From Escherichia coli O127:H6 str. E2348/69 (GTDB lineage: Bacteria; Pseudomonadota; Gammaproteobacteria; Enterobacterales; Enterobacteriaceae), in NCBI RefSeq assembly GCF_000026545.1, contig NC_011601.1: a stretch of DNA of 64,000 nucleotides, one strand, 5' to 3'. The position numbers and the translations under genes are program-made. Below, piece by piece: positions 22,506-33,615 of this stretch; position 1 is the first letter of the stretch; each line of letters starts with the position of its first letter. The notes beneath the pieces were generated by a model, which saw nothing but the letters and a program-made list of their open reading frames with translations, did no database searches and was not told the DNA's origin.

Positions 22506-23396
22506 TTATTTCAGCGCGCCTGGTGAGAAGAAATCAACAATTGCGCCGGTTTTTTGCATATTAATATTAGCTTGTTCAATGTTGAGCTGGGCGACAGAGA
22601 CAAAAAACGCGTCCAGCAAAGTCAGTTGTAATATTCTTGCCGAGGCATTACGACCTAATAACGGTGTTTCCGGGGCCGGTGAGCAAATAATATAATCGGC
22701 CAGCTTCGCTATTGGTGAATGATAGCTATGCGTTATACAAATAATCTTTGCCCCGTTCTTTTTTGCCAGTTCTACAGCCGCTTTTACATCACTGGTTCGC
22801 CCGGAATGGGTCACCACCAGCACCACATCTCCTTCCTGTAACAACGAAGCAGACATCATCATGATGTGAGCGTCCGGATAGGCCTGGCAGCGTACGCCAA
22901 TGCGCAAAAACTTGTGCTGTACATCAGCACAGATAGCATTTGATCCTCCGGCACCGTACAAATCCCGCTGTCTGGCCTGATAGAAAAAGCGGGCGGCACG
23001 GTGGATCTCATCAACGTTGACGATCGACTGACCTTCCATAATGGTGCGTAAAGTGATGTTAAATACCTTATTCACCACATCCTGCGGCGCTTCATCAAAA
23101 GCCAACTCGGAAGGCAATACTTGTTCTGACTGAGAAAAATAATCTTCCAGCGCACTGCGTAAGTTACGAAAGCCGCTAAACCCCAGCAGCTTTGATACCT
23201 TAACGATCATCGCTTCAGATACCGCCAGAGCTTCTGCGACATCTTTAATTGCGGGTGCACAACTCAGGTTACCGGGTTTGAGTAACCACTCCACGATGCG
23301 GCTTTCGTTTTCTGTCATTCCTTCCTGCTTCATTCGCAGGTAAGGCGCTAACCCGATACCGTTCGGAAGCGCTGAATCAAACTCTGACTGGCTCAT
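22506..23396 (-). CDS. rpiR: RpiR/AlsR transcriptional repressor (HTH plus SIS domain)
   Basis: Start at MSQSEFDSAL (track extends 11 codons); divergent from rpiB. Confidence 0.88.
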   Translation of the reverse strand: MSQSEFDSALPNGIGLAPYLRMKQEGMTENESRIVEWLLKPGNLSCAPAIKDVAEALAVSEAMIVKVSKLLGFSGFRNLRSALEDYFSQSEQVLPSELAFDEAPQDVVNKVFNITLRTIMEGQSIVNVDEIHRAARFFYQARQRDLYGAGGSNAICADVQHKFLRIGVRCQAYPDAHIMMMSASLLQEGDVVLVVTHSGRTSDVKAAVELAKKNGAKIICITHSYHSPIAKLADYIICSPAPETPLLGRNASARILQLTLLDAFFVSVAQLNIEQANINMQKTGAIVDFFSPGALK

Positions 23397-23749
23397 CACG
23401 TTCTCTTGTCCTTGAATTGAAGACGCCACTATATCACCACAGCAAGAACAGAAAAGATGCTGGCAACTTCACAAAAAAATAAAATTTATAAAGTTTGTTT
23501 TGTTGTGAATAATGGAGAGTGGCTTAAAATTTCATTTAATCACTTTAAAAACATGATGTTATTTGTTTTTCTGGTTTATTGGATGATAGATGTTGCTGGA
23601 TAGTGAGTGTCTTTAACGCTATTGCGCTGCCAGATGTAACTCTGTAAAACAGATCAGGAAGGCGGATTTCATCGATTTTGGGTGTTTTTAATTCATTTAC
23701 ATCACAAATGTTTTTTTATTGTGAAGTTTTGCGCGGGCGGGGAAGATGA

Positions 23750-24199
23750 ATGAAAAAGATTGCATTTGGCTGTGATCATGTCGGTTTCATTTTAAAACAT
23801 GAAATAGTGGCACATTTAGTTGAGCGTGGCGTTGAAGTGATTGATAAAGGAACCTGGTCGTCAGAGCGTACTGATTATCCGCATTACGCCAGTCAAGTCG
23901 CACTGGCCGTTGCTGGCGGAGAGGCTGATGGCGGGATTTTGATTTGTGGCACTGGCGTCGGTATTTCGATAGCGGCGAACAAGTTTGCCGGAATTCGCGC
24001 GGTCGTTTGTAGCGAACCTTATTCCGCGCAACTTTCGCGGCAGCATAACGACACCAACGTGCTGGCTTTTGGTTCAAGAGTGGTTGGCCTCGAACTGGCA
24101 AAAATGATTGTCGATGCGTGGCTGGGCGCACAGTACGAAGGCGGTCGTCATCAACAACGCGTGGAGGCGATTACGGCAATAGAGCAGCGGAGAAATTGA
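23750..24199 (+). CDS. rpiB: Ribose-5-phosphate isomerase B / allose-6-phosphate isomerase
   Basis: 149 aa RpiB/LacAB family. Confidence 0.92.
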   Translation: MKKIAFGCDHVGFILKHEIVAHLVERGVEVIDKGTWSSERTDYPHYASQVALAVAGGEADGGILICGTGVGISIAANKFAGIRAVVCSEPYSAQLSRQHNDTNVLAFGSRVVGLELAKMIVDAWLGAQYEGGRHQQRVEAITAIEQRRN

Positions 24200-24267
24200 G
24201 ATTCATCCACTACTTGCATGGATGAGTAATGACTAATGTGGATAGAGTTTCTTTTTGAGGTTGGCTA

Positions 24268-24597
24268 ATGAAACGCTTTCCGCTATTTCTTTTATTCACC
24301 CTGTTCACGCTGTCCACCGTTCCGGCCCAGGCCGATATTATCGATGACACCATTGGCAATATTCAGCAGGCGATTAACGACGCTTATAACCCTGACCGTG
24401 GGCGAGACTATGAAGATTCGCACGACGACGGCTGGCAGCGTGAAGTGAGCGACGATCGGCGCAGACAATATGACGACCGCCGCCGCCAGTTTGAAGATCG
24501 CCGCAGGCAGCTGGACGATCGCCAGCGCCAGCTGGATCAGGAGCGTCGGCAGCTAGAAGATGAAGAGCGGAGAATGGAAGATGAGTATGGGCGGTGA
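24268..24597 (+). CDS. yjdP: Small secreted, highly charged repeat protein
   Basis: Signal peptide MKRFPLFLLFTLFTLSTVPAQA followed by reiterated DDRRRQ-type repeats. Confidence 0.75.
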   Translation: MKRFPLFLLFTLFTLSTVPAQADIIDDTIGNIQQAINDAYNPDRGRDYEDSHDDGWQREVSDDRRRQYDDRRRQFEDRRRQLDDRQRQLDQERRQLEDEERRMEDEYGR

Positions 24598-24631
24598 TGT
24601 TGAGTTTAGAGCAGGCATCGCCCCTCACCCA

Positions 24632-25390
24632 TCACGCCACCCCAATCTCCATCCCATCAAACCCCGCCTCAAACCCCGACGGCAGTGCGTTTTCCATCAG
24701 CCACGCATCAAACTGGTGGTTGATATGGGTCAGAATCACCCGTGGCGAGCGGATAACCTGATTCAGCGCAAGCACGGTATTTAAATCACAGTGATTACGC
24801 GGTGCATCCTCGCGCGGCGGGTGGCTGCAATCAATCACCATTACCTGCGGCTGATTATTGCGTAAAAATTTCAGCGTTTTTTCCGGCAAGCCAGCGGTGT
24901 CAGACAGCCACGCCACCCGGCTGTGTGCCGTTTCCAGCAGATAACCGAAGGTCAGTTTTGAGTGGTTGAGCGGCAGGGGCGTGACCTGTAACCCCTGTAA
25001 ATCAAACACCACAAACGGTTCCATCGTGTGGCTGAAATCAAGCAGGCCCGGATGTTTAAACAGATCGTCGCAGCCCTGTTCATCCGGCGGGCCGTAGACC
25101 GGGATCTGATCGCCCACGCCCCAGCGCAGCGGAAACAGCCCCTGGACGTGATCCATATGATAATGCGTCAGCAAAAACTGCTGGAACGATCCGGGAGACC
25201 AGCGATCGGCGAGATCGTGCAGCCCGGCGTCGATCAGGGTGATCGCCCCGTTAAACTTCACTACGCCGCTGCACGGCTGGCGGCGATACTGCGGTGAGCG
25301 CAGCGCTCTGACGCAGGCTACGCACTCGCAGCCCCATGCCGGAACGCCCTGTGCGCCGCTGGTGCCGGTGAGCGTGAGGGTCAGGCTCAT
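24632..25390 (-). CDS. phnP: Phosphoribosyl 1,2-cyclic phosphate phosphodiesterase (metallo-beta-lactamase fold)
   Basis: Start at MSLTLTLTG (track extends 16 codons); HxHxDH motif (THYHMDH). Confidence 0.9.
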   Translation of the reverse strand: MSLTLTLTGTSGAQGVPAWGCECVACVRALRSPQYRRQPCSGVVKFNGAITLIDAGLHDLADRWSPGSFQQFLLTHYHMDHVQGLFPLRWGVGDQIPVYGPPDEQGCDDLFKHPGLLDFSHTMEPFVVFDLQGLQVTPLPLNHSKLTFGYLLETAHSRVAWLSDTAGLPEKTLKFLRNNQPQVMVIDCSHPPREDAPRNHCDLNTVLALNQVIRSPRVILTHINHQFDAWLMENALPSGFEAGFDGMEIGVA

Positions 25391-25391
25391 A

Positions 25392-25826
25392 TTACAGCGC
25401 CTTGGTGAAGCGGAAGTGGCTCTGCTCGTAGCCTTCACGCAGGTAAAAACGGTGCGCGTCGTGGCGCTTGACGTTGGTGGAAAGCTCGGTCATTTCGGCC
25501 CCAGCCTGGCGGGCTTCTTCTTCTGCCCATGCCAGTAATTTACTGCCGACGTTCAGACCGCGTGCCTGCGGCATCACCACCAGTTCCTGAATTTCGCCGA
25601 TCCAGTTGACATGATGCAGATGAAACTGCAAATGCAGGCCGATCATGCCGACAACCTCGCCATCCAACAGCGCCAGATGGTAGCGCATATTCGGGTCACG
25701 CAGGTTGGCGTTAAAGCCCACGCGAAACGCCTGGTGGTCAAACTCCGCTTGTTTTAGCTCACAAATCAGCGCGTAAACCGCGTCGGTGTCGTACTGCGTT
25801 GCCGGGCGAAGCTCACAAGCAGGCAT
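25392..25826 (-). CDS. phnO: Aminoalkylphosphonate N-acetyltransferase (GNAT)
   Basis: 144 aa GNAT fold in operon position. Confidence 0.9.
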   Translation of the reverse strand: MPACELRPATQYDTDAVYALICELKQAEFDHQAFRVGFNANLRDPNMRYHLALLDGEVVGMIGLHLQFHLHHVNWIGEIQELVVMPQARGLNVGSKLLAWAEEEARQAGAEMTELSTNVKRHDAHRFYLREGYEQSHFRFTKAL

Positions 25827-26370
25827 GGTGTTTCTCCTTCTGATGAATCAGCGTCAGCAGCGTGTCGACCGACTGGCGCAGGCTGCCGTCATTATTGAGC
25901 GTAAGACAATCCTGAGGAGTATAGCGGGCAGCGCGCGCCAGCCGGGCGTTAATTTCACTGGCATTTTCACGACCACGGTTTTCCAGGCGCTGGCGCAGGA
26001 TCTCTGGCGAAACCTGTAAACAAACGGGCAGCAGCGCCGATTGATAGCGCGCCCGCGCCTGCGGCAGATGGGCGCGTGAGCCGTTGACCACCACGTCAAA
26101 TCCAGCGTGCAGCCAGAGGTCAATCTCGACGCCGACGCCATAATACAGACCGTTAGCGTGCCAGCTTAAGGCCAGAAGGTTCTGCCCCGCGCGGGTAAAA
26201 AACTCCTGCTCGCTCAGGGCGATATGGTTTTCACTTCCGGCGCTGGCGGCGCGCGTGATGTAGCGATGCGCTACCAGTAGCTGAGTTTGTTCCCGCTGGC
26301 GGAGTTCCGTCAACAGACTGTCTTTTCCGGAGCCAGAGGCCCCCATTAACCAAATCAGTTTTCCCGTCAT
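25813..26370 (-). CDS. phnN: Ribose 1,5-bisphosphate phosphokinase
   Basis: P-loop GASGSGKDS; 185 aa. Confidence 0.9.
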   Translation of the reverse strand: MTGKLIWLMGASGSGKDSLLTELRQREQTQLLVAHRYITRAASAGSENHIALSEQEFFTRAGQNLLALSWHANGLYYGVGVEIDLWLHAGFDVVVNGSRAHLPQARARYQSALLPVCLQVSPEILRQRLENRGRENASEINARLARAARYTPQDCLTLNNDGSLRQSVDTLLTLIHQKEKHHACL

Positions 26371-27506
26371 CAGAACACCCTTTTACCCTGACGCCAAACG
26401 TGGTCGATATGAATGTGGTTGCCCTTGCGATGCGCCAGCACCAGGTCGGCGCGTTTGCCCTCGCCAATCACCCCACGATCCTGGAGATTCAGTGCCTGGG
26501 CCGGGTTTTTGGTCACCAGCCTCACCGCCTGCGGCAGCGTAAAGCGGTTGCTCTGGTCATCGGCCACGCGAAACGCCGCATCCAGCAGGCTGGCGGGGTA
26601 GTAGTCGGAAGAGAGGATATCCAGCAGGCCAAGCTGCGCCAGTTCACTGGCCGCCACGTTGCCGGAGTGCGAACCGCCGCGCACGATATTCGGCGCGCCC
26701 ATCAGTACGTTCATGCCGTGCTTGCGCGAGGCTTCTGCCGCTTCGAATGTGGTAGGAAATTCGGCGATCACGCTGCCAAGCTGATGGGATTGGGCTACGT
26801 GGGCGTGCGTGGCGTCATCGTGGCTGGCGAGCGCAATGTGTCGCGCGCGGCACATTGCGGCGATGGATTCGCGATTCGGCTGTGACCAGCGTGCGGCGAG
26901 CGCCAGTTGCTCCTCTTCGTACTGTTGCATCTGCGCATCGGTGAGCGAGTATTTGCCCTGATAATATTCACGATATTTTTCGCGGTTGGCGAACTGGCGC
27001 TGGCCCGGTGAGTGATCCATCAGCGACACCAGCGTTACCGGTTCGCGCTGTACCAGTTTTTCAAACAGCGGCAGCGTGGTGTGATGCGGCAGTTCGCAGC
27101 GCAGGTGCAGACGGTGCTCGGCACGGTTGACGCCGCGTTTCTGCGTCTCTTCGATGGCGTTGATCATCTTCTCCAGATTCTCCAGCCGATCGCCGCCGTC
27201 GCGTACATCACCAATCGCCACGGCGTCCAGCACGGTGGTGATGCCGCTCGCCACCATCAGCGCGTCGTGGCTGCTCATCGCCGAGTGGGCAGGCCAGTCA
27301 ACTTTCGGGCGCGGGGTGAAGAATTTATCCAGATTATCGGTATGCAGCTCAATCAGCCCCGGTAGCAGCCAGCCGCCTTCGCCGTCCATTGCTTCTGACA
27401 GGTGACTCTGGCTTTCGGCAAAGGCGCGGATTTCGCCGTCCTGCATCTCCAGAGAACCGTGTACCACCTCGTTTTCCAGCACCAGTTTGACGTTATTGAT
27501 AATCAT
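26370..27506 (-). CDS. phnM: Amidohydrolase-family C-P lyase pathway enzyme
   Basis: 378 aa amidohydrolase-family protein. Confidence 0.9.
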   Translation of the reverse strand: MIINNVKLVLENEVVHGSLEMQDGEIRAFAESQSHLSEAMDGEGGWLLPGLIELHTDNLDKFFTPRPKVDWPAHSAMSSHDALMVASGITTVLDAVAIGDVRDGGDRLENLEKMINAIEETQKRGVNRAEHRLHLRCELPHHTTLPLFEKLVQREPVTLVSLMDHSPGQRQFANREKYREYYQGKYSLTDAQMQQYEEEQLALAARWSQPNRESIAAMCRARHIALASHDDATHAHVAQSHQLGSVIAEFPTTFEAAEASRKHGMNVLMGAPNIVRGGSHSGNVAASELAQLGLLDILSSDYYPASLLDAAFRVADDQSNRFTLPQAVRLVTKNPAQALNLQDRGVIGEGKRADLVLAHRKGNHIHIDHVWRQGKRVF

Positions 27507-28183
27507 GAAGAGACTCCCATTGGGTGCAGGCGGTCGGCGACTTGCTCGCGTACGGCTTCGTCATGGAAGATACCGACGATGGCCGCGCCGCGGGCTTTGG
27601 CTTTGCGGATCAGTTCCACTACGGCGGCGCTGTTTTTAGCGTCCAGCGAGGCGGTAGGTTCGTCGAGCAGCAGAATGGGGTAGTCGACGATAAAGCCGCG
27701 GGCGATGTTGACACGCTGTTGTTCGCCGCCGGAGAAGGTCGATGGTGCCAGGTGCCACAGACGTTCCGGCACGTTCAGGCGCGTGAGCAGACGCGCGGCT
27801 TTAGCGGCACAGGCTTCACGCGGTACGCCGGTATCGAGCAGCGGCTGCATCACCACTTCCAGTGCCGAAATACGCGGGATGACGCGCAGAAACTGGCTTA
27901 CCCAGCCGACAGTGGTTTTGCGGATCTCCACCACTTTGCGTGCTGGCGCGGTGACCAGGTCGACCCATTCATCACCGTGTTTGATCTGGATTTGCCCTTC
28001 GTCGGGTAGATAGTTGGCATACAGCGAGCGTAGCAAAGTTGATTTTCCACTGCCGGAATGGCCGTGGAGTACCACGCATTCGCCGGCGTTGACGGTGAGT
28101 GAGGCGCCTTGTAATACAGGCAGGCGCACGCCGTTTTGCTGGTGCAGGATAAAGGTTTTACTGACGTTTTGTACGTTAATCAT
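27503..28183 (-). CDS. phnL: C-P lyase system ATP-binding protein
   Basis: Start at MINVQNVSK (track extends 38 codons through the REP); Walker [10 protein letters not shown]. Confidence 0.88.
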   Translation of the reverse strand: MINVQNVSKTFILHQQNGVRLPVLQGASLTVNAGECVVLHGHSGSGKSTLLRSLYANYLPDEGQIQIKHGDEWVDLVTAPARKVVEIRKTTVGWVSQFLRVIPRISALEVVMQPLLDTGVPREACAAKAARLLTRLNVPERLWHLAPSTFSGGEQQRVNIARGFIVDYPILLLDEPTASLDAKNSAAVVELIRKAKARGAAIVGIFHDEAVREQVADRLHPMGVSS

Positions 28184-28204
28184 TTTTCGCCTCGTGGTTC
28201 GGGT

Positions 28205-28289
28205 GTCGGATGCGACGCTGATGCGTCTTATCCGACCTACGGGGAGCGCATTTGTAGGCCGGATAAGGTGTTTACGCCGCATCCGGCAC
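28205..28289. repeat. Pair of REP units between phnL and phnK
   Basis: gtcggatgcgacgc...cttatccgacctac and gtaggccggataagg...gcatccggca motifs. Confidence 0.7.
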
Positions 28290-28293
28290 CGGC

Positions 28294-29052
28294 TCAATTC
28301 TGCAAAACCGATGACACCAGCAACTGGGTATACGGATGGTGTGGGTCGTCGAGCACGCGGTCAGTTAACCCACTCTCCACCACTTTCCCTTGCTTCATTA
28401 CCAGCAAACGGTCCGCCAGCAGACGGGCGACGCCTAAATCGTGGGTGACAATCACTACCGCCAGGTTAAGCTCCATCACCAGACCGCGGAGCAGGTCCAG
28501 CAGGCGCGCCTGTACCGACACATCCAGCCCGCCAGTGGGTTCATCCATAAACACCAGCTTCGGATGCGTCACCAGGTTGCGGGCAATCTGCAAACGTTGC
28601 TGCATGCCGCCGGAAAAGGTGGTCGGCAGGTCGTCGATACGGTTAGCGGGAATCTCCACCTCTTCCAGCCACTTCTGCGCGGTGGCGCGAATATCGCCGT
28701 AATGACGCGCTCCGGTTGCCATCAACCGTTCGCCGATATTGCCGCCTGCCGACACCTGGCGGCGCAGGCCGTCAAGCGGATGCTGATGTACCACACCCCA
28801 TTCGGTGCGCAGCAGGCGACGGCGGTCGGCCTCGCTCATCGCATACAGCGAACGGTTCTCGTAGCGAATTTCCCCTTGCTGTGGCGTCAGGCGGGCGGAA
28901 ATTGATTTCAGTAGCGTGGTCTTCCCGGAACCGGACTCCCCAACAATGCCCAGAACTTCTCCCGGCCATAAATCAAAAGAGACATCGCTGAAACCTTTGC
29001 CCGGGGCATAAAGGTGGGTCAGGTTATTGACCGAAAGTAACGGTTGATTCAT
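28294..29052 (-). CDS. phnK: C-P lyase system ATP-binding protein
   Basis: Start at [11 protein letters not shown]; Walker [10 protein letters not shown]. Confidence 0.9.
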   Translation of the reverse strand: MNQPLLSVNNLTHLYAPGKGFSDVSFDLWPGEVLGIVGESGSGKTTLLKSISARLTPQQGEIRYENRSLYAMSEADRRRLLRTEWGVVHQHPLDGLRRQVSAGGNIGERLMATGARHYGDIRATAQKWLEEVEIPANRIDDLPTTFSGGMQQRLQIARNLVTHPKLVFMDEPTGGLDVSVQARLLDLLRGLVMELNLAVVIVTHDLGVARLLADRLLVMKQGKVVESGLTDRVLDDPHHPYTQLLVSSVLQN

Positions 29053-29894
29053 TGGCTTTTGGCCTCGCTCTGTTGGCGGCAATAATCGGTATCGGAGCAG
29101 ACAAACATGCGGTTTCCGGCGTCATCCAGCACCACTTCATCAAGATAGCTGTGGGTCGATCCGCAGATGGCGCATGGTTCATCCCACTGCTGGACGGTGA
29201 ACGGATGATCATCGAAATCGAGGCTTTCCACGCGGGTAAACGGTGGCACGGCATAGATGCGCTTCTCGCGCCCCGCGCCAAACAGTTGCAGGGCGGGCAT
29301 CATGTCCATTTTCGGGTTATCGAATTTCGGGATCGGCGACGGGTCCATTACGTAGCGCCCGTTCACCTTCACCGGATAGGCGTAGGTGGTGGCGATATGA
29401 CCGAAGCGGGCGATATCTTCATACAGTTTCACCTGCATCACGCCGTACTCCTCCAGCGCGTGCATGGTGCGCGTTTCCGTCTCTCGCGGCTCAATAAAGC
29501 GCAGCGGTTCGGGGATCGGCACCTGGAAGATAACTATCTGATCTTCGGTCAGCGGCGTTTCGGGTATGCGGTGACGCGTCTGGATAAGTGTCGCATCGTC
29601 CGTGCGCTCGGTGGTGTTCACCCCGGTCACGCGCTTAAAGAAGTTACGAATCGACACGGCGTTGGTGGTGTCGTCTGCGCCCTGGTCAATCACCTTCAAC
29701 ACGTCGCTTTCGCCAATCACGCTGGCGGTGAGCTGAATGCCGCCGGTTCCCCAGCCGTAGGGCATCGGCATCTCGCGTCCGCCAAACGGCACCTGATAAC
29801 CGGGGATTGCCACCGCTTTTAAGATAGCGCGGCGGATCATGCGTTTGGTCTGCTCGTCGAGGTAAGCAAAGTTGTAGCCGCTCAGATTAGCCAT
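29049..29894 (-). CDS. phnJ: Radical-SAM C-P lyase catalytic subunit
   Basis: Start at MANLSGYNFAYLDEQTKRMIRR, 63 codons inside the track ORF; conserved C-terminal cysteine cluster. Confidence 0.9.
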   Translation of the reverse strand: MANLSGYNFAYLDEQTKRMIRRAILKAVAIPGYQVPFGGREMPMPYGWGTGGIQLTASVIGESDVLKVIDQGADDTTNAVSIRNFFKRVTGVNTTERTDDATLIQTRHRIPETPLTEDQIVIFQVPIPEPLRFIEPRETETRTMHALEEYGVMQVKLYEDIARFGHIATTYAYPVKVNGRYVMDPSPIPKFDNPKMDMMPALQLFGAGREKRIYAVPPFTRVESLDFDDHPFTVQQWDEPCAICGSTHSYLDEVVLDDAGNRMFVCSDTDYCRQQSEAKSQ

Positions 29895-30951
29895 GGTTCT
29901 GCTCCTGTTGCAGACGTTTGAGTAGCTCCAGTTCGGCCTGGAAATCGACGTAGTGCGGGAGTTTGAGATGCGAAACAAAGCCTGCGGCTTCGACGTTGTC
30001 GGCATGGGCCAGCACGAACTCTTCATCCTGTGCCGGACCTGTTGCGTACTCGCCGTATTCCGGTGCCTGCAACGCACGGTCAACCAGCGCCATCGCCATT
30101 GCTTTGCGCTCGCTCATGCCGAACACCAGCCCATAGCCGCGTGTAAAATGCGGTGGTTCATCCGGCGGGTCGATAAAACCGTTGACCATTTCACACTCGG
30201 TCATCAACAATTCGCCGACGTTCACCGCAAATCCCAGCTCTTCCGGCACAATAAATATATCGATATAGCCACTGCGAATTTCGCCTGCGAACGGGTGATT
30301 GCGCCCGTAACCGCGTTGGGTGGAGTAGGCCAGCGCCAACAAATAGCCTTCGTCACCGCGCATTAATTGTTGTAGACGGGAAGAACGCGAACAGGGATAA
30401 ACCGGCGGCGTGCGGGTGATGTCGTCCGGTTGTGCGCCGCTATCTTCTTCAAACTTCGCCAGCCCCTGACGCGCCAGCAGGCTGAAGACGTGTGGCGACG
30501 GTTGCTGTTCGCTGTCAGCGGTGGTCAGCGTTGGCGTTTCGCCGTTTGCCAGCAGGGTGAAATCGAGCAGGCGATGGGTGTAGTCGTAGGTGGGGCCAAG
30601 CAGTTGGCCGCCGGGAATGTCTTTATAAATTGCTGAAATACGCCGTTCTAGACGCATCCCGGTGGTGTCGAGCGGCTCACTGACCGCCAGCTTCGCCAGC
30701 GTGGTGCGGTAGGCGCGCAACAGGAAAATCGCTTCGACGTTATCGCCGCTGGCCTGTTTCAGCGCCAGCGCGGCCAGCTCGCGGTCGGCAATACCGCCTT
30801 CGGTCATCACGCGATCTACCGCGAGGTTAAGCTGCTGTTCAATCTGGGCGACGCTCAGTTCAGGCAAATCAGTATCGCCCCGGCGTCGGCTCTCTTGCAG
30901 GGCGTGGGCGGCGTCGATCGCCTTTTCGCCCCCTTTCACGGCAACGTACAT
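29887..30951 (-). CDS. phnI: C-P lyase core complex subunit
   Basis: Start at [10 protein letters not shown] (track begins at an upstream GTG); 8-nt overlap with phnJ. Confidence 0.9.
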   Translation of the reverse strand: MYVAVKGGEKAIDAAHALQESRRRGDTDLPELSVAQIEQQLNLAVDRVMTEGGIADRELAALALKQASGDNVEAIFLLRAYRTTLAKLAVSEPLDTTGMRLERRISAIYKDIPGGQLLGPTYDYTHRLLDFTLLANGETPTLTTADSEQQPSPHVFSLLARQGLAKFEEDSGAQPDDITRTPPVYPCSRSSRLQQLMRGDEGYLLALAYSTQRGYGRNHPFAGEIRSGYIDIFIVPEELGFAVNVGELLMTECEMVNGFIDPPDEPPHFTRGYGLVFGMSERKAMAMALVDRALQAPEYGEYATGPAQDEEFVLAHADNVEAAGFVSHLKLPHYVDFQAELELLKRLQQEQNHG

Positions 30952-31535
30952 CAGCACACCTCCACATGAGTGGTTCGCGGAATAGCCAGCAGGCGCTCGC
31001 CGCAGGTCAGGATCAGGTCGATGCCGAGCGGGAACGGGTGCGGGCGCTCGGTAAGTTCATGAAGAATGCACTTTGGCAGTTGCGGGGCGATCATCCGTTC
31101 TTCGGCAATACCTGCGCCGGTGAGGCGCAACATACGCCCACCGCTCAGGCTGGTGACCTGTAAAATCAGCGTTGCGCCCGCTTCTGGTGCAACGGCAGTG
31201 CCGGTGGAAAGGGCGTTGAGCTGCTCGCTGGAGATCGCCTCATCTGTTACCGCGAAGGTCGCCTGTTTCGGCTGATTAACCAGCGGCGCGTTGGTATGAA
31301 AACGCAGGCTCTGATTGACGATATCGTTGCTCAATGGTGCGGCAAGCCACACCGGCGTGTCGTTATCGGCCAGCGTCAGCAGCACGCTGGTGGTGGCGAT
31401 ATTCAGCGGCTGCCAGCCGCGCTTGAGCTGATGCAGGGCGACAATCACGCCCGGCTCGCTCATGGCCTTTAACAGGCGACGAAAACTGTGCTGGGCATCC
31501 TGCACGGGAAGCATAAAAGCGGTTTCCAGGGTCAT
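30951..31535 (-). CDS. phnH: C-P lyase core complex subunit
   Basis: 194 aa; overlaps phnI start and phnG stop. Confidence 0.9.
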   Translation of the reverse strand: MTLETAFMLPVQDAQHSFRRLLKAMSEPGVIVALHQLKRGWQPLNIATTSVLLTLADNDTPVWLAAPLSNDIVNQSLRFHTNAPLVNQPKQATFAVTDEAISSEQLNALSTGTAVAPEAGATLILQVTSLSGGRMLRLTGAGIAEERMIAPQLPKCILHELTERPHPFPLGIDLILTCGERLLAIPRTTHVEVC

Positions 31536-31984
31536 GCGTTGTCTCCGCGAACCATCGTAAAGAAGTCGACCCGGCTGGCGTTCACTTCGGCCTGACGCGC
31601 GGCAATGCGTGCCATACGGTTAGCGTCCAGCGGGGCAATAAGGGTTTCTGATAAGTTTTGAAAATGGCGGGTTTGCTGCATCAGCGCGTCAATCAGCGCG
31701 CAGCGTTCGGCGTGCTGTTTGTCGCGCCCCAGTACCCAGCTATAGCCGAGTGTGCCGTCAGTCAGACGCACGGCGGCGCGGGTGAGCGTGGCGTCGCCAG
31801 CAAAAAAGCGTTCGCCGGTGCCGCCCATTCGCGCCTGAATCTGCACCAGGCCAGTTTCAGCGGCGCGGATCACCTCATAATCGGCGTTGATGTTCAGCGC
31901 CTTCAGGCGGGCTGCCAGTTCAGCCGGTTGGCTGTGCGCCAGCACGGACATCCAGTGCTGGCGGGTCGCGGTATCTGCGTGCAT
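31532..31984 (-). CDS. phnG: C-P lyase core complex subunit
   Basis: 150 aa; 4-nt start/stop overlap with phnH. Confidence 0.9.
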   Translation of the reverse strand: MHADTATRQHWMSVLAHSQPAELAARLKALNINADYEVIRAAETGLVQIQARMGGTGERFFAGDATLTRAAVRLTDGTLGYSWVLGRDKQHAERCALIDALMQQTRHFQNLSETLIAPLDANRMARIAARQAEVNASRVDFFTMVRGDNA

Positions 31985-32710
31985 TCAGTGCTCCATAGTG
32001 AATTCAATCATGTCGGCGCGCGTCAGGCTGACGGAGTACTCCGCCGGGCTGCTTTCACCGTCACGGTGGTTAAGGGTGCGCACGCACAGCAGCGGCGACA
32101 GATTCGGGATTTCAAGACGCTGGCACTCTTTGGCCTGGGCGCGGCGGGCGCTGATCCGCGTCTGGCTGCGTCGTAGCGTAATCCCCGTTTGCTCGCGCAG
32201 AAAATCGTGCAGCGAACCGCTGTCGAAACGTTGCAGCGTCGGCCAGAGGGTGAGGTCCGCAAAGTAGTGGTCGATTAAACAGAGCGCGACGCCGTTGACC
32301 CGACGCAGGGTGCGCAGGTGGATGACGTTCTCCCCCTCGGTTATCCCCAGCGCGTCAGCGACGTGACCGGAGGCGGGGCGCAGCACTGATAGCAATTTTT
32401 CGCTGGTGGGATGGCTGCCCTGGTCCAGCAGGTTCTGGCTAAAACGCGCCTGGGCGTTGAGCGGGTAATCGAACGGGCGCATCAGCACCAGTACGCCGAC
32501 GCCCTGACGGCGCTGTACCCAGCCTTTTTCCACCAGTTGGTCGATGGCGCGGCGCAGGGTGTGGCGGTTCACCTCAAAGCGTGCCGCCAGTTGCTGCTCG
32601 GCGGGAAGATAGTCGCCGCAGCGGTAGTGTTGACGAAGCTCCTGCTCAAGTTTTGCGGCTATCTCCTGATAGCGTGTTGGGTAGCTGGTCGGATGTGTAG
32701 ACAAGTGCAT
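31985..32710 (-). CDS. phnF: GntR-family repressor of the phn operon
   Basis: HTH N-terminus and UTRA-like C-terminal domain; start at MHLSTHPTSY. Confidence 0.88.
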   Translation of the reverse strand: MHLSTHPTSYPTRYQEIAAKLEQELRQHYRCGDYLPAEQQLAARFEVNRHTLRRAIDQLVEKGWVQRRQGVGVLVLMRPFDYPLNAQARFSQNLLDQGSHPTSEKLLSVLRPASGHVADALGITEGENVIHLRTLRRVNGVALCLIDHYFADLTLWPTLQRFDSGSLHDFLREQTGITLRRSQTRISARRAQAKECQRLEIPNLSPLLCVRTLNHRDGESSPAEYSVSLTRADMIEFTMEH

Positions 32711-32730
32711 AGATATCAATGCCTCGCTTA

Positions 32731-33510
32731 TCAGATAAAGTGCTTACGCAACCGTTGAGAGAGGAAATCCAGCAGGCTGACCGTGACGATGATGAGCACC
32801 ATCAGGGCGCAGGTTTGCTGGAACTGGAAACCGCGAATCGCTTCCCACAGCGTGACGCCAATTCCGCCCGCACCAACCATACCGACGACGGTCGCCGAGC
32901 GGACGTTGGATTCGAAGCGATAGAGAGAGTAGGAGATCAGCAGCGGCATGACCTGCGGTAGTACGCCGTAAAGGATCTCTTCCAGCTTGTTGGCACCGGT
33001 GGCGCAAATGCCCTCCACCGGGCCGGGTTCAATCGCTTCTACCGCTTCGGAAAGCAGTTTGGAAAGTACGCCGGTGGTGTGGATAAACAGCGCCAGCACG
33101 CCAGCGAACGGGCCGAGGCCGACGGCGACCACGAACAGCATGGCGAAGACCATTTCGTTAATGGCGCGGCAGGCGTCCATCAGGCGGCGTACAGGTTGGT
33201 AGACCCACCACGGTACCAGGTTTTCAGCGCTCATCAGGCCGAAGGGGATGGAGAGAACCACCGCCAGCGCGGTGCCCCAGACGGCGATTTGCAGCGTGAC
33301 GGCCATTTCGGTGAGGTAATCCTGCCACTGGCTGAAATCGGGCGGGAAGAAGTCGGCGGCGAACGTCGCCATGTTGCCGCCATCTTTAATCAGCGTAAGC
33401 GGTGCCATTTCCGCGCCCTGCCACGAGACGACCAGCACGGCGATAACAACGGCCCAGCTCAGAAGCGAGAACCAGCTGCGCTTGGGTGGGGCGATGGTGA
33501 TGGTTTGCAT
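32731..33510 (-). CDS. phnE: Phosphonate ABC transporter permease, intact frame
   Basis: Uninterrupted ORF; start at [17 protein letters not shown]; the track's upstream extension ([13 protein letters not shown]) is REP-derived. Confidence 0.85.
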   Translation of the reverse strand: MQTITIAPPKRSWFSLLSWAVVIAVLVVSWQGAEMAPLTLIKDGGNMATFAADFFPPDFSQWQDYLTEMAVTLQIAVWGTALAVVLSIPFGLMSAENLVPWWVYQPVRRLMDACRAINEMVFAMLFVVAVGLGPFAGVLALFIHTTGVLSKLLSEAVEAIEPGPVEGICATGANKLEEILYGVLPQVMPLLISYSLYRFESNVRSATVVGMVGAGGIGVTLWEAIRGFQFQQTCALMVLIIVTVSLLDFLSQRLRKHFI

Positions 33511-33526
33511 GTTTGGCTCCGGTCTG

Positions 33527-33614
33527 TAGGCCGGATAAGGTGCTTGCACCGCATCCGGCATCAACGTCTGCACATTGTCGGATGCGACGCCGGGGCGTCT
33601 TATCCGACCTACGA
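33527..33614. repeat. Pair of REP units between phnD and phnE
   Basis: gtaggccggataagg...gcatccggca and gtcggatgcgacgcc...ttatccgacctac. Confidence 0.7.
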
Positions 33615-33615
33615 T

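Noticed and set aside
29052-29822. 256-aa plus-strand ORF antisense to phnJ/phnK
   Set aside because: Lies entirely opposite well-supported coding sequence in GC-rich DNA, with no recognizable motifs; typical antisense shadow ORF.
29049-30083. Extended 344-aa phnJ (and similar long N-termini for phnL, yjdM, phnE, proP, eptA, alsE)
   Set aside because: Track ORFs begin at the farthest upstream start, often a non-ATG codon, and run through REP elements or the upstream gene; internal ATG starts give proteins of the expected family length.
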